Below, piece after piece: positions 37,021-50,956 of a DNA stretch of 64,000 bases. The notes below the pieces were generated by a model. The model saw nothing but the letters and a program-made list of their open reading frames with translations, searched no databases and was not told where the DNA came from. This DNA comes from Octopus vulgaris (Eukaryota): the NCBI GenBank assembly GCA_951406725.2, contig OX597827.1, positions 69,998,001 through 70,062,000 on the forward strand, in the 5' to 3' direction. The first letter of the stretch is position 1, and every line of letters begins with the position of its first letter. Made by a program: the position numbers and the translations under genes.

Positions 37021-37254
37021 ACATACACACACACTACCACCATCTTTGCTCTCATCATCGCTACACGAGACATAAGCCCCTTTTCACATCAACTACAAAC
37101 AGCTATTACCACCACTACCACCACCATCACACTCATCATACGTATTACCGTAACGTTGGACTATCACCACCACCACCATCACCACCACTGAGCAACGATG
37201 TGCAGTCTCTCTCTCCCTCCCTCTCTCTCTCTCTCTCTCTAAATATATATATAT

Positions 37255-37462
37255 ATTCTTTTATTCGTTTTGTTTCAGTCATTCGACTGCGGTCATGCTG
37301 GAGCACCTCCTTAAAGTGTTCTAGTCGAGCAAATCGACTCCAGGACTCATTCTTTGAAAGCCTAGTACTTATTCTATCGGTGCCTCTTGCGGAACCGCTA
37401 AGTCACGGGGGGACATGAACACATCAACGGTTGTCAAGCGGTGGTGGGACACACAGACACAC

Positions 37463-37503
<41 letters not shown>

Positions 37504-38280
37504 TGCGTGTGCGTGCGTTTGTGTCTGTATGTGTGTGTGTGTGCACAACGGGATGTTTTTCAGTTCCCGTCTACCAGATCCACTCACAAGGCTTAGGTCG
37601 CCGCGAGGCTGTAGCAGACGACACTTACTCAAGTGTCATACAATGGGACTGAACCCATGGTCATGTGATTGGAAAGCAAACTTCTTGACACACAGCCATG
37701 CCTATACACACACACACACACATACATACATACATACATATATATTCTTTTATTCTCTTGTTTCAGTCATTTGACTGCGGCCATGCTAGAGCACCGCCAT
37801 TAGTCGAAAAATATCGAACCCAGGACTTATTCTTTGTAAGCCTATTACTTATTCTATCGGTGTCTTTTGCCGAACCGCTAAGTTACGGAGGACGTAAACA
37901 CACCAGCATCGGTTGTCAAGCGATGGTGGGGGGGGACACAAACAGACACACAAATAGATACATGACGGGCTTCTTTCAATTTCCATTTACCAAATCCACT
38001 CACAGTGCTTTGGTCGGCCCGTGGCTATTGTAGAAGACACTTGTCCAAGGTTCCACGCAGTGGGACCGAACCCGGAACCATGTGGCTGGGAAGCAAGCTT
38101 CTTACCACACAGCCACTCCTGCGCCTATATGACAGGCTTCTTTCAGTTTCCATCTACCAAATCTTTGATTAGTCCAAGGTTTTATAGTAGATGACACTTG
38201 TTCAAAGTGTCAGGCAGTGCGACTGAACCATGCTTCCCAGCTATGTCGCTGGGAAGCAAACCTTTTAGCACACAGCTATA
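37255..38280 (-). mobile_element. Tandem family A SINEs (two near-complete, one partial)
   Basis: Homology to 8324-8780. Confidence 0.88.
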
Positions 38281-38454
38281 TATGCATATGGCGTAATGTT
38301 TCGGTATTAGTATATGACATCATAGTTGTGTTCTTGACTACAGCTTTGTCGAACAGAAACACAATGTCACACACTCATCCATTATGTCAGTGACTCTTAT
38401 CGAAAGATTGCCGATCGTCACCATATATGTACTTCACTTATCACATAGAACCAA

Positions 38455-38855
38455 TGAGGGAGACTCTTCTTGGTGTCTAGAGTTGCTGGAAGTAGTAGCT
38501 AAATCTCCCTCAATGCGCATCGGGTTATCTTAAAAAGAAAAAGAAATAAAAGAAAAGTCACATAAGCTAACAGGGTCCTAGATGCACTATACTTGAAAAC
38601 AGGATGGGATAGTCGTGGCCAGAACGTCTTTGATCATAGGTTTCTGAGATGGGGTTGATCTGAGGTTAAACAACAGCGACCTTCACCCTTATGAAAACGA
38701 ATCATCATCATCATCATCATCATCATCGTCATCATCATTATCATCATCGTCATCGTCGTCGTCATCACCATCATCATCATCATCACCATCGTCACCAAAA
38801 CAGAGCCTCATCCTACATCACTATGCTACCATCACCACCACTACTGTTGTTGCAG

Positions 38856-38927
<72 letters not shown>

Positions 38928-39324
38928 TTACCTTCTCTCCCCACCACCACATCCTTCACTGTCTGCTTTTATGTCGCGCCGCTTTTCTAAGTTTATTCAA
39001 TACTCTGTGTATTGTATGACGGCGGGGGTGGGGGCGAAGCGCGCAGAGAGAGGGAGAGGGAGAGGGAAAGAGAGAATGAGTGAGAGAGAGAAAGTGAAAG
39101 GAAAAGGAAGGAAAGAAAGAAAGAAAGTGTGAGGAAGAGAGAGAGGACTTTGTGTTTTGGTGTGTATATTACTGTTGTTCGTTAGCCCCCAGGTCAGTCC
39201 TGATTGAGTAGACCCATGTTCAAAGCTCTCTAACCGTGACCATCTTGTGTTTAGGTATATCTAGAACTATGACAGAGAGAGAAAGAGGTCGATATATATA
39301 TATATAAAGAGAGAAATAAATAGT

Positions 39325-39401
<77 letters not shown>

Positions 39402-40890
39402 GGTTAAAAAGAGGCCCTTGTGTTTTGGTGTGTATATACCTTGTAGTTCTTTTGACCCAAGTTAGCTATAATTGAACAGACCCGTAATCAAAGCGTTCTA
39501 ACCGTGACCACCTTATGTTTGGGTAGAAAAATACATTGAACTACATTGTTCAACGTGTCCTCTTTTAATGAGACAATTAGATATGATTAGAATTTTAACT
39601 ACTGTTTCTAGCGGTTTTAACGACCACCTAAAGGCTCTCTTCTTGGTTGATCGTCCGTGTTTGTGCATTTGTGTTTTATATAGGTTCAGCTGTTATTGTT
39701 GTTGATGTTTAACTCCTCCAGAGTAGCCCTGGTTTAGCAGACATGACAAAAGGGCATTTCAGCCATGACCATCACGTCTTTTTGCATACCTATGTTTTTA
39801 TTTTTATTTTTAATGCTTTTTATTTCTTGTTTTATTATTTCGGACGTTAAAAATGTGCAATAAAGTCAATGAAAAAAAGCCTGCATATTTGTGCGTATAT
39901 ATAATCTGCACGTTTATATGTGTCTATATATAGTAAGTTGGTGTATAATACGACTGGAGTGCGATTTAATACGTCACGTTTCTCTACCTGGTAAAGAACC
40001 ATCATGGCGACCAAGTAACGAAACGTGCCTGTGATTTTGTTTGAGGCTTGTGTTACTATTACTGCTGCAGCTGTTGCTATTGCGGTTGCTTGTTGCTATT
40101 GCTGTTGCTGTTGTAGTTTAACCTCCAGGATAACCCAGATCGAGTAAAACTTCTGATCAAAAGCGTTCCAAACTTGCATTAGCCTCTCGGCACACATGCA
40201 CAAATATGGCCACCCAACCGAATTTGTTTCCTCATACCTTTCAGGAAAATGGGTATTTTGCAATGAAATTTTCTTCAAACACCTTTCAGATGGTGTAGAT
40301 TACGACTATATCTGACTTTAATGCAGAAAAATAGTGGTAGCCTCTCATACATACATACATACTAAATACACATCACAATTTTTTTCAAAATTTCATGTTG
40401 TGTGTGTGTACGCACCCAACATTTTTTCATATTGAATCTCGGTATAATCGGAATTTGCACAATCTAAAAGGTATTTGTAGGAAATTTCATGAGAAAATAC
40501 CCAATTTTATGAAAGCTATGAGGAAACAATGTCGAGGGGGAGGGACACTTGAATAAGTACACAAAACGTAGGACTAGATTGCCCTGTGCACCTTTATTTA
40601 AGACGGTAGGGTCTGATTTAAGGGAATTCTGTTGATATTTCTAGTAGGCCGGACGACTGCATGGAGGCTCCGTTTCGTCGAGTCGGCTGTTGCTTACTTT
40701 TGTTGTCGGATAGTCTTGGGTCTACTATAAGTAGACATATGATCAAAGACATTCTATCCGTGACCTAGCGGTGCACCTAGGACATTATCCAACGCGTTCT
40801 TCCTTTTGTAAAACGACAGTGGATGTGATTTGAGGGAGAATTGACAGCTATTTCTAGCAGGTCGAGTTGCAGCGTAAGGCTCTCTCGTTG
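38455..40890. repeat. Cluster of an old unclassified interspersed repeat (family E) in both orientations, with microsatellites
   Basis: Recurrent modules gttgtttaaccccaggtcag...gacctatgatcaaag...tgaccatc and gatttgagggaga...gctatttctagcagg...gaggctc. Also at about 28400, 28700, 31500-31680, 32840, 48150, 59200-59340 and 61370. Confidence 0.7.
40190..40560. mobile_element. Long-TIR non-autonomous DNA element inserted in a family E copy
   Basis: ttgtttcctcatacctttcaggaaaatgggtatttt...gaaatttt vs gaaatttcatgagaaaatacccaattttatgaaagctatgaggaaacaa; same family as 42307-43292. Confidence 0.75.
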
Positions 40891-41262
40891 ACAAGGGTGT
40901 TGATCGTTTCGGTAATTTATTCGGGGTGGTGGTACCATATGCAATGGTATTTGTTATTAGGGGTATTTATAATGTTTGTGATTGCATGGTGTCGATGATG
41001 CAGGTATTTGAGAAATTAGGGTTGAAGGGGTGGGAGAGAGAGAGAGAGAGAGAGAGAGGGGCAAAACTGGAAAGAGGGGAGAAGGAGAAAGTGAGGGAAA
41101 GAATAAGAAAGAAAAAGGATGGATGAATAAGTGAATAGAGAGAAAAAATAAAGAAGGTAAGTAAGAAGAAAATATCTGAAATAAATAGACGAGACAGGAG
41201 GAAGATGAGAAAGGAAAAGAAGGAAAAAGAAAACGTAATGCATGGAGAAGAATGAGTGCTGT

Positions 41263-41281
41263 TGACGTCATAATGACGTCA
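41263..41281. promoter_or_regulatory. Tandem perfect CRE palindromes (TGACGTCA-taa-TGACGTCA)
   Basis: Direct sequence match; function untested. Confidence 0.4.
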
Positions 41282-41565
41282 TGGTTCTGACTTGAGAGGG
41301 TCACAGGTGCTCATCGATAACAATAGGTGTTAGAAGAGCAAGAGAAAGAGGCTCTGTTGTGAGGGGGGTGAAGGCTGAGGAAGTCGGTAATAAGGAGTGA
41401 GGGAGAGTATGAGCATAATGATAAGGGGGGTTGTAAATAGATAGATAGCAACAGAGATAAATAGATAGAGAGAGGGGGAGAAGAGGAGAGAGCTGTATAG
41501 AGATATATAGGGTAATGATAGACTAAAAAAAGAACTGTCAGGCGAAGAGAGAGGTAGTAAACTAA

Positions 41566-41597
<32 letters not shown>

Positions 41598-42306
41598 GCA
41601 GTAAACTGAAGAGTGGGGGGAGAGACGAAGTGAGAGTGAAATAACCGAGGAAGGAAAAAGAGAGAGAGTAATGTGAAGGAATGTTTAAAAAGCGCGAGAA
41701 TTAGAAAGCGAAAAAGGAGAATGAAATTGAAAAAGAAATATTTGGGTGAATTATGAAGAATGAGAAAGGCGAAGAAATAGAAAAAAATGAAGGGAAAGAA
41801 TGAGAAAGGGAGATAGAATGAAACAAGGAAGAAATAGGGAAAGAGGTAAAGTTATACAGAGGGTTGGAGAGGAAAGGGAGGAGAGGGAAATAAGAGAGGA
41901 AGAGAGAGGGGGAGATTGGAGGAGGAGGAGGAGGAGGAGGAGCGGGGAAATAAGAGACGATAAGAGAATATCGTTGAAGAGGGCGCTAAAAATGGAGGGA
42001 TAGAAAATGGAAAAGGGTAAAGTGAGAGAGAACAGCTGAGGAAGTTAGAGGTACAGAGAAGACAGAGAGAGTGAGATTGGGGGAATAGAGAGGGGAATAG
42101 AAAAAATATAGAGAGTGGAATGTGTGAAAAGAGAAAGTTGGACAGAGAGTGAGAGAGGGGAAACGAAGGGGGTGATGAAAAGGAAGAAAAAATATGGAGA
42201 AGAAGAAAAGGGCAAAAATGATAGGGAAAGAAGGATAACGGGGTTGATATTCTATTTGTATTATGGTGGCAGCATATGATCTTAAGGCTGAGTTGAATCA
42301 TTCGGT

Positions 42307-43292
42307 GCATACCTACACAAGTGTGCCCCACAAATTTTGTTTCTCCGTATTTTTGGTTCATACCTACACAAGTGTGCCCCACTGATTTTGTTTCTTCGTA
42401 ACTTTGGGGGCATACCTACACAAGTGTGCCTCACTGATTTTGTTTCTTCGTAACTTTCATAAAATTGAATATTTTTCAACGAAATTTTCTACAGATATCT
42501 TTTAGACGGTGCAGATTACCATTATATCGGAATATGCGAACAAAATTTCGTGGGTAGGAGAGAGAAATTTCAGAAAATTCACTGAAAAAGACTTTGTTTC
42601 CTCATAACTAACAGACAAATGAGTATTTTTTAATGAAATTTTCTACAGATACCTTTCAGATGATGTAGATTAAGATTGTATGGGAATATGCTGTGAACAA
42701 TTTTTTTTTTCGACGGTAAGAGAGAAATTTCAGAAAATTCACGCGAGTGATTTAGTTTCCTCAAATTTTCAGAAAAATTGGTATTTTTCAATGAAATTTT
42801 CTACAGATATCCTTCAGATGATGTTGATTAAGATTTTATCGGAATTTGTTCTGAAAATTTTTCGGTGGTGAGACGAGAGGAGTTTCGAAAAATTCACACA
42901 AGTCGACTTTATTTCCTCATAACTTTTAGAAAAATAGATATTTTTTAATGAAATTTTCTACAAATTCTTTTCAGATGGTGTAGATTACGATTATATCAGA
43001 ATGTAACATGGGGAAAAAAAGAACAAAATATTTTGGGTGCGCACACATCCTTAATGCCATATGTCACATACCTACAAAATGAAACTTGAAATATTGAAAA
43101 AAAACGTAAAGTGTGTCAGTATGCATTAGTGTGCAACCACCATTTCTTTTTCTCCATTAATTTCCCCCCACCCATTAAATCTATCCATGTGAAAAGTATC
43201 CGTGGAAAATTCCATTACGAAATATCCATTTTTCTGAAAGTTATGAGCAAACAAAGTCGACAGAGGGATGGGGCACGATTCCCTATGTATGC
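42307..43292. mobile_element. Non-autonomous TIR element with triplicated left end and four internal tandem units of about 155 bp
   Basis: Ends gcatacctacacaagtgtgcccc / ggggcacgattccctatgtatgc; unit aatgaaattttctacagata..tttcagatg.tgtagattacgatt repeated four times. Confidence 0.75.
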
Positions 43293-43485
43293 TCCTTTTT
43301 CAAATTTTTCTGCTTTCGAGAGCATTTTTCATAGCAATAGAATGTCTTACACCGCATGTACGGAAGCACATAAGCACACACACACTCACACATGCACACA
43401 TACAAACACAAAGAAAAGCTATCATACATGAACATGCATATTCACTTTACATACACTTACATAAACTCACTGAATCGTGTACATA

Positions 43486-43706
43486 CGAAGGGATGCTGAA
43501 AAGTTCCAGGCTTTAAGTAGAAGAAAATACAGGTGGATCAGTTAATAATGATTTTATTCAACATAAAATATTCCCCTCTGGGATTCATACACTTCTTACA
43601 GAGATCATTCAGTTTTTCTAAGCCCTGTAAAACAACATAGAAAGTTGGGCCTCCAGTCAGGCCTTTCGCGGCACCCTTAAAATCGGGAGCTTTCAGCACC
43701 TCCCCG
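43486..43706. mobile_element. Mariner-type MITE
   Basis: TA-cgaagggatgctgaaaagttcc ... ggagctttcagcacctccccg-TA. Confidence 0.85.
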
Positions 43707-43867
43707 TAAGACATTTACATCGTACAGACTCATACACACACTTTTTTTAAAGTATTTTAATTCAGGCCTTGCCAACTAGAATTACACTGAGGGCTGCATT
43801 AATCACAGAAAGTTTTTGAGGGCCGCTTGTATACTGACAGAATTGTAAGCATTTTGCTTTCTCATGC

Positions 43868-44915
43868 TTTTCTACTCTAGGCACAAGGCCCGGAATTTTG
43901 GGGGCGGGGGCCAGTCGATTAGATCGAGTCCAGTATGCAACTGGTACTTAATTTATCGACCCTGAAAGGATGAAAGACAAATTTGACCTTGGCGCAATTT
44001 GAACTCAGAACATAAAGATTGACAAAATACCTATTTCTTTTACTACCCACAAGGAGCTAAACACAGAGGGGACAAACGGATTAAGTCGATTACATCGACC
44101 CCAATGCAATACTGGTACTTAATTTATCGACCCCGAAAGAATGAAAAGCAAAGTCGACCTCGGCGGAATTTGAACTCAGAACGTAACTGCAGACGAAATA
44201 CGGCTACGCCTTTCGCCCGGCGTGCTAACGTTTCTGCCAGCTCGCCGCCTTGCTTAGTATTACAATAATGAATGAATGATCGTTGATTCAATTATGAAAT
44301 ATTATCGTTGCAAAAACAGTAGCAATTTTTCATTTTCCCCTTTCATTACAATCTTTAATAGTTGACTCTTTCATTCTTTTACTTGTTTCAGTCATTTGAC
44401 AGCGGCCATGCTAGAGCACCGCCTTCAGTCGAGCGAATCGACCCCACGACTTATTCTTTGTAAGCCTAGTAATTGTTCTATCGGTACTCTTTTGCTGAAC
44501 CGCTAAGTTACAGGGACGTAACCACCCCAGCATTGGTTACCAAGCGATGTTGTGGGGAACTAGCACAGATACACACATATATACGACGGGCTTCTTTCAG
44601 TTTTCTTCAACCAAATCCACTCACAGGGATTTGGTCGGCCCGAGGCTACAGTGGAAGACATTTACTCAAGGTGACGAGGCACCACGGTCAGACGGTATGT
44701 GAGCACGCCGGGCGAAATGCTTAGCGGTATTTCGTCTGTCGTTACGTTCTGAGTTCAAATTCCGCTGAGGTCGACTTTACCTTTCATCCTCTCGGGGTCG
44801 ATAAATTAAGTACCAGTTACGCACTGGGGTCGATGTAATCGACTTAATACCTATGTCTGTCCTTGTTTGTCCCCTCTGTGTTTAGGCCATTGTGGGTAAT
44901 AAAGAAATGGGTATG
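43868..44915. mobile_element. SINE cluster: family B dimer (-, 43868-44250), family A (-, 44365-44672), family B (+, 44700-44915)
   Basis: Homology to other copies. Confidence 0.88.
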
Positions 44916-44918
44916 TGA

Positions 44919-45855
44919 TAACAGATGCTATAAACATCTGCACCACCTCCGCCTTCCCTAGCAAGGATAGCCCGAGAATATTAAAAATGAAGCCGACCGC
45001 TCTCAAAAATTAAGAAAAAAATCGGGAAAATAATCCAGAATCCTTGTCCGGTACCTGATCGATCTCAATGGCAGTCATGGAATATGAAGGTGGGTGTGCG
45101 GACCATATTTGTAAGCTCTGTGCGTGTGTCGTCTGCAATGGGAATAGGAACAGTTTTCTCTGTGAAGGCCTTTTTAGTCTATCTACTGATATAGTGTCTT
45201 TACGACTATTAAGGTCTATAGTGAAGGTCTTGCGTGCGCAGAGGAAAACGGAAAGGGCCCGCATAAGATACTGTTAACGGAGGTTTAACAACATTGTTGC
45301 GCACAAAACCGTGAATCCAAGAAGTAAAGCTTCCTTCAAGTAGGAGCTAGAAATGCAATTGTCAAGAAGGTAAGAGGTTTTAAATAGGAGCGATATATTC
45401 AAAATTGTCGAGGATAAATTAAATTTATTATGCTGATGTTATTTAGTTTCTGAACGGTTTTGCTGCCATTTATGTAGCTTGATTTCTTTATCCACTAGTT
45501 TCTACTAAGATAGAGACGCGAGTAAAATTAATAATAGAGAAACGAAAATAAAACTTTGGAAACAGCAACACCGTCATAACTTACGTGGAAACCATGAGCG
45601 TGCTTTCAAGGGAGATAATCAGAGAAAGACTTGAAAGTCAACGTAAGATCGTAATACTTCATGTAAAGTAAAGTAAATATAACAAATAATCCAGAATCTC
45701 TGTCCGCTACCGAGTAGATCCCAAAATCTAATCAGTTCGTGCCAGTCACGAAGCCAAACATCCCTAAAAGTTTCATCCGCATCCATCCAGCGGTTCTTGA
45801 GAAACAAACAAACACGACTGAAAAGAATATCTCTGCCTTCGCTAAGGCAGAGGTA
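44919..45855. mobile_element. Helentron/HINE-like non-autonomous element pieces (44919-45066 and 45680-45855) around unrelated sequence
   Basis: Shared aataatccagaatc..tgtccg segment; terminal hairpin ctctgccttcgctaaggcagag, and subterminal acctccgcctt complementary to aaggcagaggt. Confidence 0.5.
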
Positions 45856-45879
45856 ATAATAATAATAATAATAATAATG

Positions 45880-45957
<78 letters not shown>

Positions 45958-45984
45958 GTAATAATAATAATAATAATTAATAAC

Positions 45985-46245
45985 CCTTTCTAGTATAGGC
46001 ACAAGGCCTGAAATCTTGGGGGAGCGACTCGACTCCAGTGCTCAACTGGTAGTTATTTTACCGACCCCAAAAGGATGAAAGGTAAAGTCGACCTCGGCGG
46101 AATTTGAACTCAGAACATAAAGATTGACGAAATACCGCAAAATGAATATTTTGCCCAAAGTGCTAACGATTCTGCCAACGTAAAGACGGACGAAATCCTG
46201 CAAAGCATTTGGTCCGAAGTGCTAACGATTCTGCCAGCTCGCCAA
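45985..46245 (-). mobile_element. Family B SINE with duplicated head segment
   Basis: Two gtgctaacgattctgcca blocks. Confidence 0.85.
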
Positions 46246-46296
46246 GAAATATTGTTTTTTAAAAACTCTTGCAGTGAATGTCAATAATAATGCTTA

Positions 46297-46674
46297 TCTT
46301 TATATATGAAACTGTAGTTGTGTGAGTGTCTGTCCTCTTCGATTTAGATTCCTAACTACTCCCACATTTTGCGGTGCAGTTTAACCAAAAGCGGGTATCT
46401 TATAGTCGTGATTCATATCGAGCCCTTCTGGGTATTAGCACGCGTCTACGATGAGTCTACGATTTTTTAAATAATTTACCATCATTTTTTTCCATTTTAA
46501 TGCATATTTTTTAAAGGGAGTAACTCTCTAAAAATGTCTACGAGTCAACGATTTTACCATCATATTTTTTCCATTTTTAATGCATTTTTTTGCTATTTTT
46601 TGGCTATAACTCTCTAAAAATGCTTTATAGTTATTTCCCTTACAAACCCGAGCAACGCCGGGCGATACTGCTAG
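46297..46674 (+). mobile_element. Non-autonomous Helitron
   Basis: 5' A|TCtttatatat...; 3' hairpin cccgagcaacgccggg followed by CTAG|T; no TSD. Confidence 0.85.
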
Positions 46675-47031
46675 TTATGTATATTTAGATGGTGGTATTT
46701 TCAGGTTGAAGCCATCTAACGATGACTCTGTTCAGAAGGCTGTAATAGGTCATTCGACAAAGAAACACTGTTCAAAGGATTCATAGAAGAAACTGCAACT
46801 TTAAATACCTGTACTCTCGGTCTCAAATATATAAAAATTGAATAATAATGGGAAAAAGTTTGATGAAAGGACCACGTTCATCTTCTGCCTAACCTCATCT
46901 GCTCGCTGCCGCTGGTATGCGAGAGATAACCAGGTCATGTCTTTGCTCTCCGACGTCTCGTCACGAAAGTGGAAGTGCCAGGGCCTAACGTCCGATCCTT
47001 ATGCGCTGCTTGCGCTATCTTGTGGCGAGCT

Positions 47032-47410
47032 GAGGCGCAATGGCCAGTGGTTAGGGCAGCGGACTCGCGGTCATAGGATCGCGGTTTCGATTCCCAGACC
47101 GGGCGTTGTGAGTGTTTATTGAGCGAAAACACCTAAAGCTCCACGAGGCTCCGGCAGGGATGGTGGTGATCCCTGCTGTACTCTTTCACCACAACTTTCT
47201 CTCACTCTTACTTCCTGTTTCTGTTGTACCTGTATTTCAAAGGGCCGGCCTTGTCACTCTCTGTGTCACGCTGAATATCCCCGAGAACTACGTTAAGGGT
47301 ACACGTGTCTGTGGAATGCTCAGCCACTTACACGTCAATTTCACGAGCAGGCTGTTCCGTTGATCGGATCAACCGGAACCCTCGTCGTCGTAACCGACGA
47401 AGTGCTTCCA
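47032..47410 (+). mobile_element. Full-length family C SINE
   Basis: gaggcgcaatggccagtggttagggcagcggactcgcggtc...cctcgtcgtcgtaaccgacgaagtgc. Confidence 0.92.
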
Positions 47411-47600
47411 TCAGTGGCGAGCTATTTTAAACAGCCACCGTCAAGGGATGTAACTGCACCCACATACATTTGTAGATTGTGCACGGAATGCATGAAATAC
47501 GTTGCCAATGCACAACTTTTGCATAAACTGAATCCACAACCCCCCGAAAAACCTTTAAAAAATGAAGCAGTTATACCATTATCGCTGAAAGAAATTTGTC

Positions 47601-48015
47601 GGATCTTTTCGGTTTGAACGGCAGTTTTTGCTAGCGGTGTCATATGAAATTGTCACCCATAATTATGACCCTAGTATCGATCTATTGCATTTCAATCTGT
47701 TTTAGGGTTAGGGGTGGGGGAAAGGGTATATTTTTTCTTCACAAATGTAAATAAACCCAATCTATTTCTTAAACGAGGAACATATTCATACGGCACAGAA
47801 TGTTTTTTTTACCTCAGTAGACGTCATTGATTGGTTGAAATTGCAAAAAAATTGAAGAAAAAAAACAACAAATATCTTACAAACCATAGAATTTTCTCAA
47901 TAAAGCCAAGAGAAAAAGATGTTTTATAAACACATTCTACCAGTATACGAAGTTTAAAAGTATTTAGTTACGCGGAAATTATTTTTAAAAACTGCCGTTC
48001 AAACCGAAAAGATCC
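47601..48015. mobile_element. Merlin-like MITE
   Basis: Perfect 29-bp TIR ggatcttttcggtttgaacggcagttttt beginning with GG; perfect 8-bp TSD aatttgtc. Confidence 0.88.
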
Positions 48016-49344
48016 AATTTGTCAACTAAAAAGCCTCAGAACTTTAATCTACGCTGATGAAGATTTCGTATTTTTTCCATTAAAGTGTTTGCTGAAACAT
48101 TTTCGTTCTCGTATTTTTTAACTTTGTCATCGTTGTCGTGGTGACATATTTTCCAACTGTGACCATCCCGTTCTTTTGTATATCAAGGAATACATTATTC
48201 AGTACTTAAATATCATGATTGTTATTTATGAAGGAACTATATCTGCTATTTCTAACAGTTTGGATGGCTGTGGTAGAGGGACTACTTCATTCACGAGCTA
48301 TTTTACATCTTGTTTGATCGTGTTTATAAAAGAAAAATGGCTGATTATTGTAAAGAATTACGTAGATGATTTTTTTTACAGTAAATAACATTTCAGTTTT
48401 TCTCCGTTTATTTGACAATTATGTAATTTTCTTTCACGATTGTATTCTGATTAATCTGGACTTTCGATCTATGGAAAATAAATATCTCCAAGTCATTTGA
48501 AATAAAAAATAATATGCAGTATATTTGTTTTAAAAAATCAAATGATTACTTGATTTAGGTTTGTTCAAAATTATAAAAAGTCTGTTAAATCGATGACAGA
48601 GCTATATATTTGTCTTAGACTATTTCTATTAATTTAAGCTTCAGTTTACCATATAAGGTGACAAGACGAAACTTGTTCTCGCGAGTGTTACAAAGAAAAA
48701 CGAAGAAACAAATATGGTGTTTCAACAATATTCACCAAACGAAGTGTTTTTTGTTCCGTCTAGACAATACACAGGGTTGCTTGGTAATACAACGGACTTG
48801 TTTTGGAGTTAATATACTTATTTATTTCAGCAGAAAGAAGTGGTCAACCGATGTTGACATAATGAGTTCAAGTAGAGGTTTCAAAAAAGACAATTCAAAA
48901 TACGTCTGTTCATTGAAAACTCGTTTATATCAAAATGCATTTTACTAAACTGTCTCGTTGGCATTAATAGCTTCAAAAAATGGAGAAATAAATTTACTAT
49001 TTCGGCCAGGAAACCCCGAGTAGCTGAATTTTACAAGATTTTTGTATGTTTCTTAATTATAATGATATCTTGAGTCTCTTAACTGATCGAGTGCTGAGCT
49101 ACTTTATTTCATGAAAATTCGCCATTAAGGCGTTACATAGAGGGGACATACAAATACAGACAAACATATAGGGTGTAGTAGTTTAAAACGTTTTAGTATT
49201 TACAATATAATGTGTACAATATTTACAATATAAAGTTTACAATTTTAATATTACACAGTAGGGCAAGGAACCTAGCCATCTGGGTAGAACCTTTACTTCT
49301 TGATCCGGCCACCTACTTGTTAAACTTCATACCACACACACACA

Positions 49345-49850
49345 AACAGTTTCAGTCATTTGATTGCGGCCTTGCTGGGGCACTGCCTTGAAGAATTTAG
49401 TCGAACAAATTCACCCCAGTATTTATTTTTTTAAAAAACTTGCTACTTATTCTATCGGGTTTCTTTTCGTCGAATGGCTAGGTTATGTGAACGTAAACAA
49501 ACCGATATCGGTTGTCAAACGGCGGTGGGAGACAAACACAAACACATAGAAACATATATATGTATACAAACATAGTCATGTTTGCATACATACAGCCAAA
49601 CTGCTAAGTTATGCGGGTGGGTGGACAAACACGGACACAAAGACATACATCGGTATATTCATATATATATATATATATATATATATTCGACGAGCTTCTT
49701 TTAGTTTCCATCTCCCAACTACTCCCAAGGCTCTGGTCAGCCCAAGGCTATAGTAGAAGAGACTATTCCAAGGTGTCACGCAGTGGAACTGAACCCGGAT
49801 CCATGACGTTGGGAAGCAAGCTTCTTACCACGCAGCCATGCCTGCGCCTA
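49345..49850 (-). mobile_element. Diverged family A SINE
   Basis: Homology to 8324-8780. Confidence 0.8.
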
Positions 49851-50234
49851 CTGTATATTTTTAAACGTAGGTAAAAGACCGCAAATTTTATGAGATGCAA
49901 ACGGGCGATTATATTAATACTAACTTCAGTATTTGTCTGGTATATTATTTTATTGATTCTTGAAGGAGGAAAGGCAAAGCCACTTTTGCCTGATTTAAAA
50001 TTCAGAAAAGAAAGGAACGTAACTAATTACCGTAATGTATTTTATTCAAGCTCCTTGATTATTTTTTTTCTCTTTCTTATATTTGAAAAGGAGAATCTTT
50101 CCCGAAATATTATAAGCTTATTGAACAATTTCTGCAAGCTAAAGCAATATCTTTTCATATTACTTTCCTTTATTGACATCTTACATATTTTACGTGTCTT
50201 CTTACGAGCATTTCTCAAACTTTATATATATATA

Positions 50235-50270
<36 letters not shown>

Positions 50271-50406
50271 AATATATATAAATGAATGAATGAATTATCC
50301 TTTGTTTACAGTTAACACGGAAAATTCAATAAACAGTTACCAGGGTAGCAAAATTCACGCAAGTAACAAGGATGTAGCGAACTTGTTGTTGAGGTAGGTT
50401 CTCTTT

Positions 50407-50492
50407 CTTTCCTAATGAGAAGATTACATTATTTTACACCGCTTATTCCTTTGGAATAAAACCAATGTTGTCTTCGAAACATATGTCGAAAG
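50407..50492 (+). ncRNA. Type I hammerhead ribozyme motif (family H1, second copy; G5A, probably inactive)
   Basis: ctttc CTAATGA gaaga...ttattcc-ttt-ggaataa...tcttc GAAAC atat GTC gaaag, within a (TA)n-flanked cassette at about 50280-50540. Confidence 0.7.
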
Positions 50493-50956
50493 TAAAGGAA
50501 TTTGAATAATACCTGCATTCAACTCCATTTATTTACTTATATATATATATATATATGTTTGTATGTGTATATATTCCAAAAGTTTATAACTTATTTTCGA
50601 TGTTATAACGAATTTACCAAAATACGTTAATAAAGTCGGAGTATTTCAAGGATTTTACTGTCCATTATCAGAGATACCCATCAATGAATACTCGTACAAA
50701 TCAACGTCGGGACAGGCTGACCGGCGTGGGTGCGAAAACTGAGAGTTACGACTCTGATAAATATAAGAATTCATCCAGATTTTTGACAAGGTGAAAAACT
50801 GGAACGGAAAACGCGACTTTATCGGACTAGGCTCTTTTTAAAGACAGTAAGCATTTAAAACTGAAATGGCAATTGTGTGTATGCATAGATAATGATGGTG
50901 GGGGAGGGACATATATGTACATACATACATATATACATACCTATACATACATACAT

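Noticed and set aside
47032-47105. tRNA genes at SINE heads (also 62123, 51093, 27760)
   Set aside because: A/B boxes are present but no complete cloverleaf acceptor stem, and each continues into a multi-copy SINE body.
47701-47714. Interstitial telomeric repeat
   Set aside because: Only two TTAGGG units, internal to the Merlin-like MITE.
50630-50825. Additional hammerhead or pseudoknot (ctgataa tgga..tcct gaaa; several short inverted repeats)
   Set aside because: Core and stems are too degenerate to distinguish from chance in AT-rich DNA.
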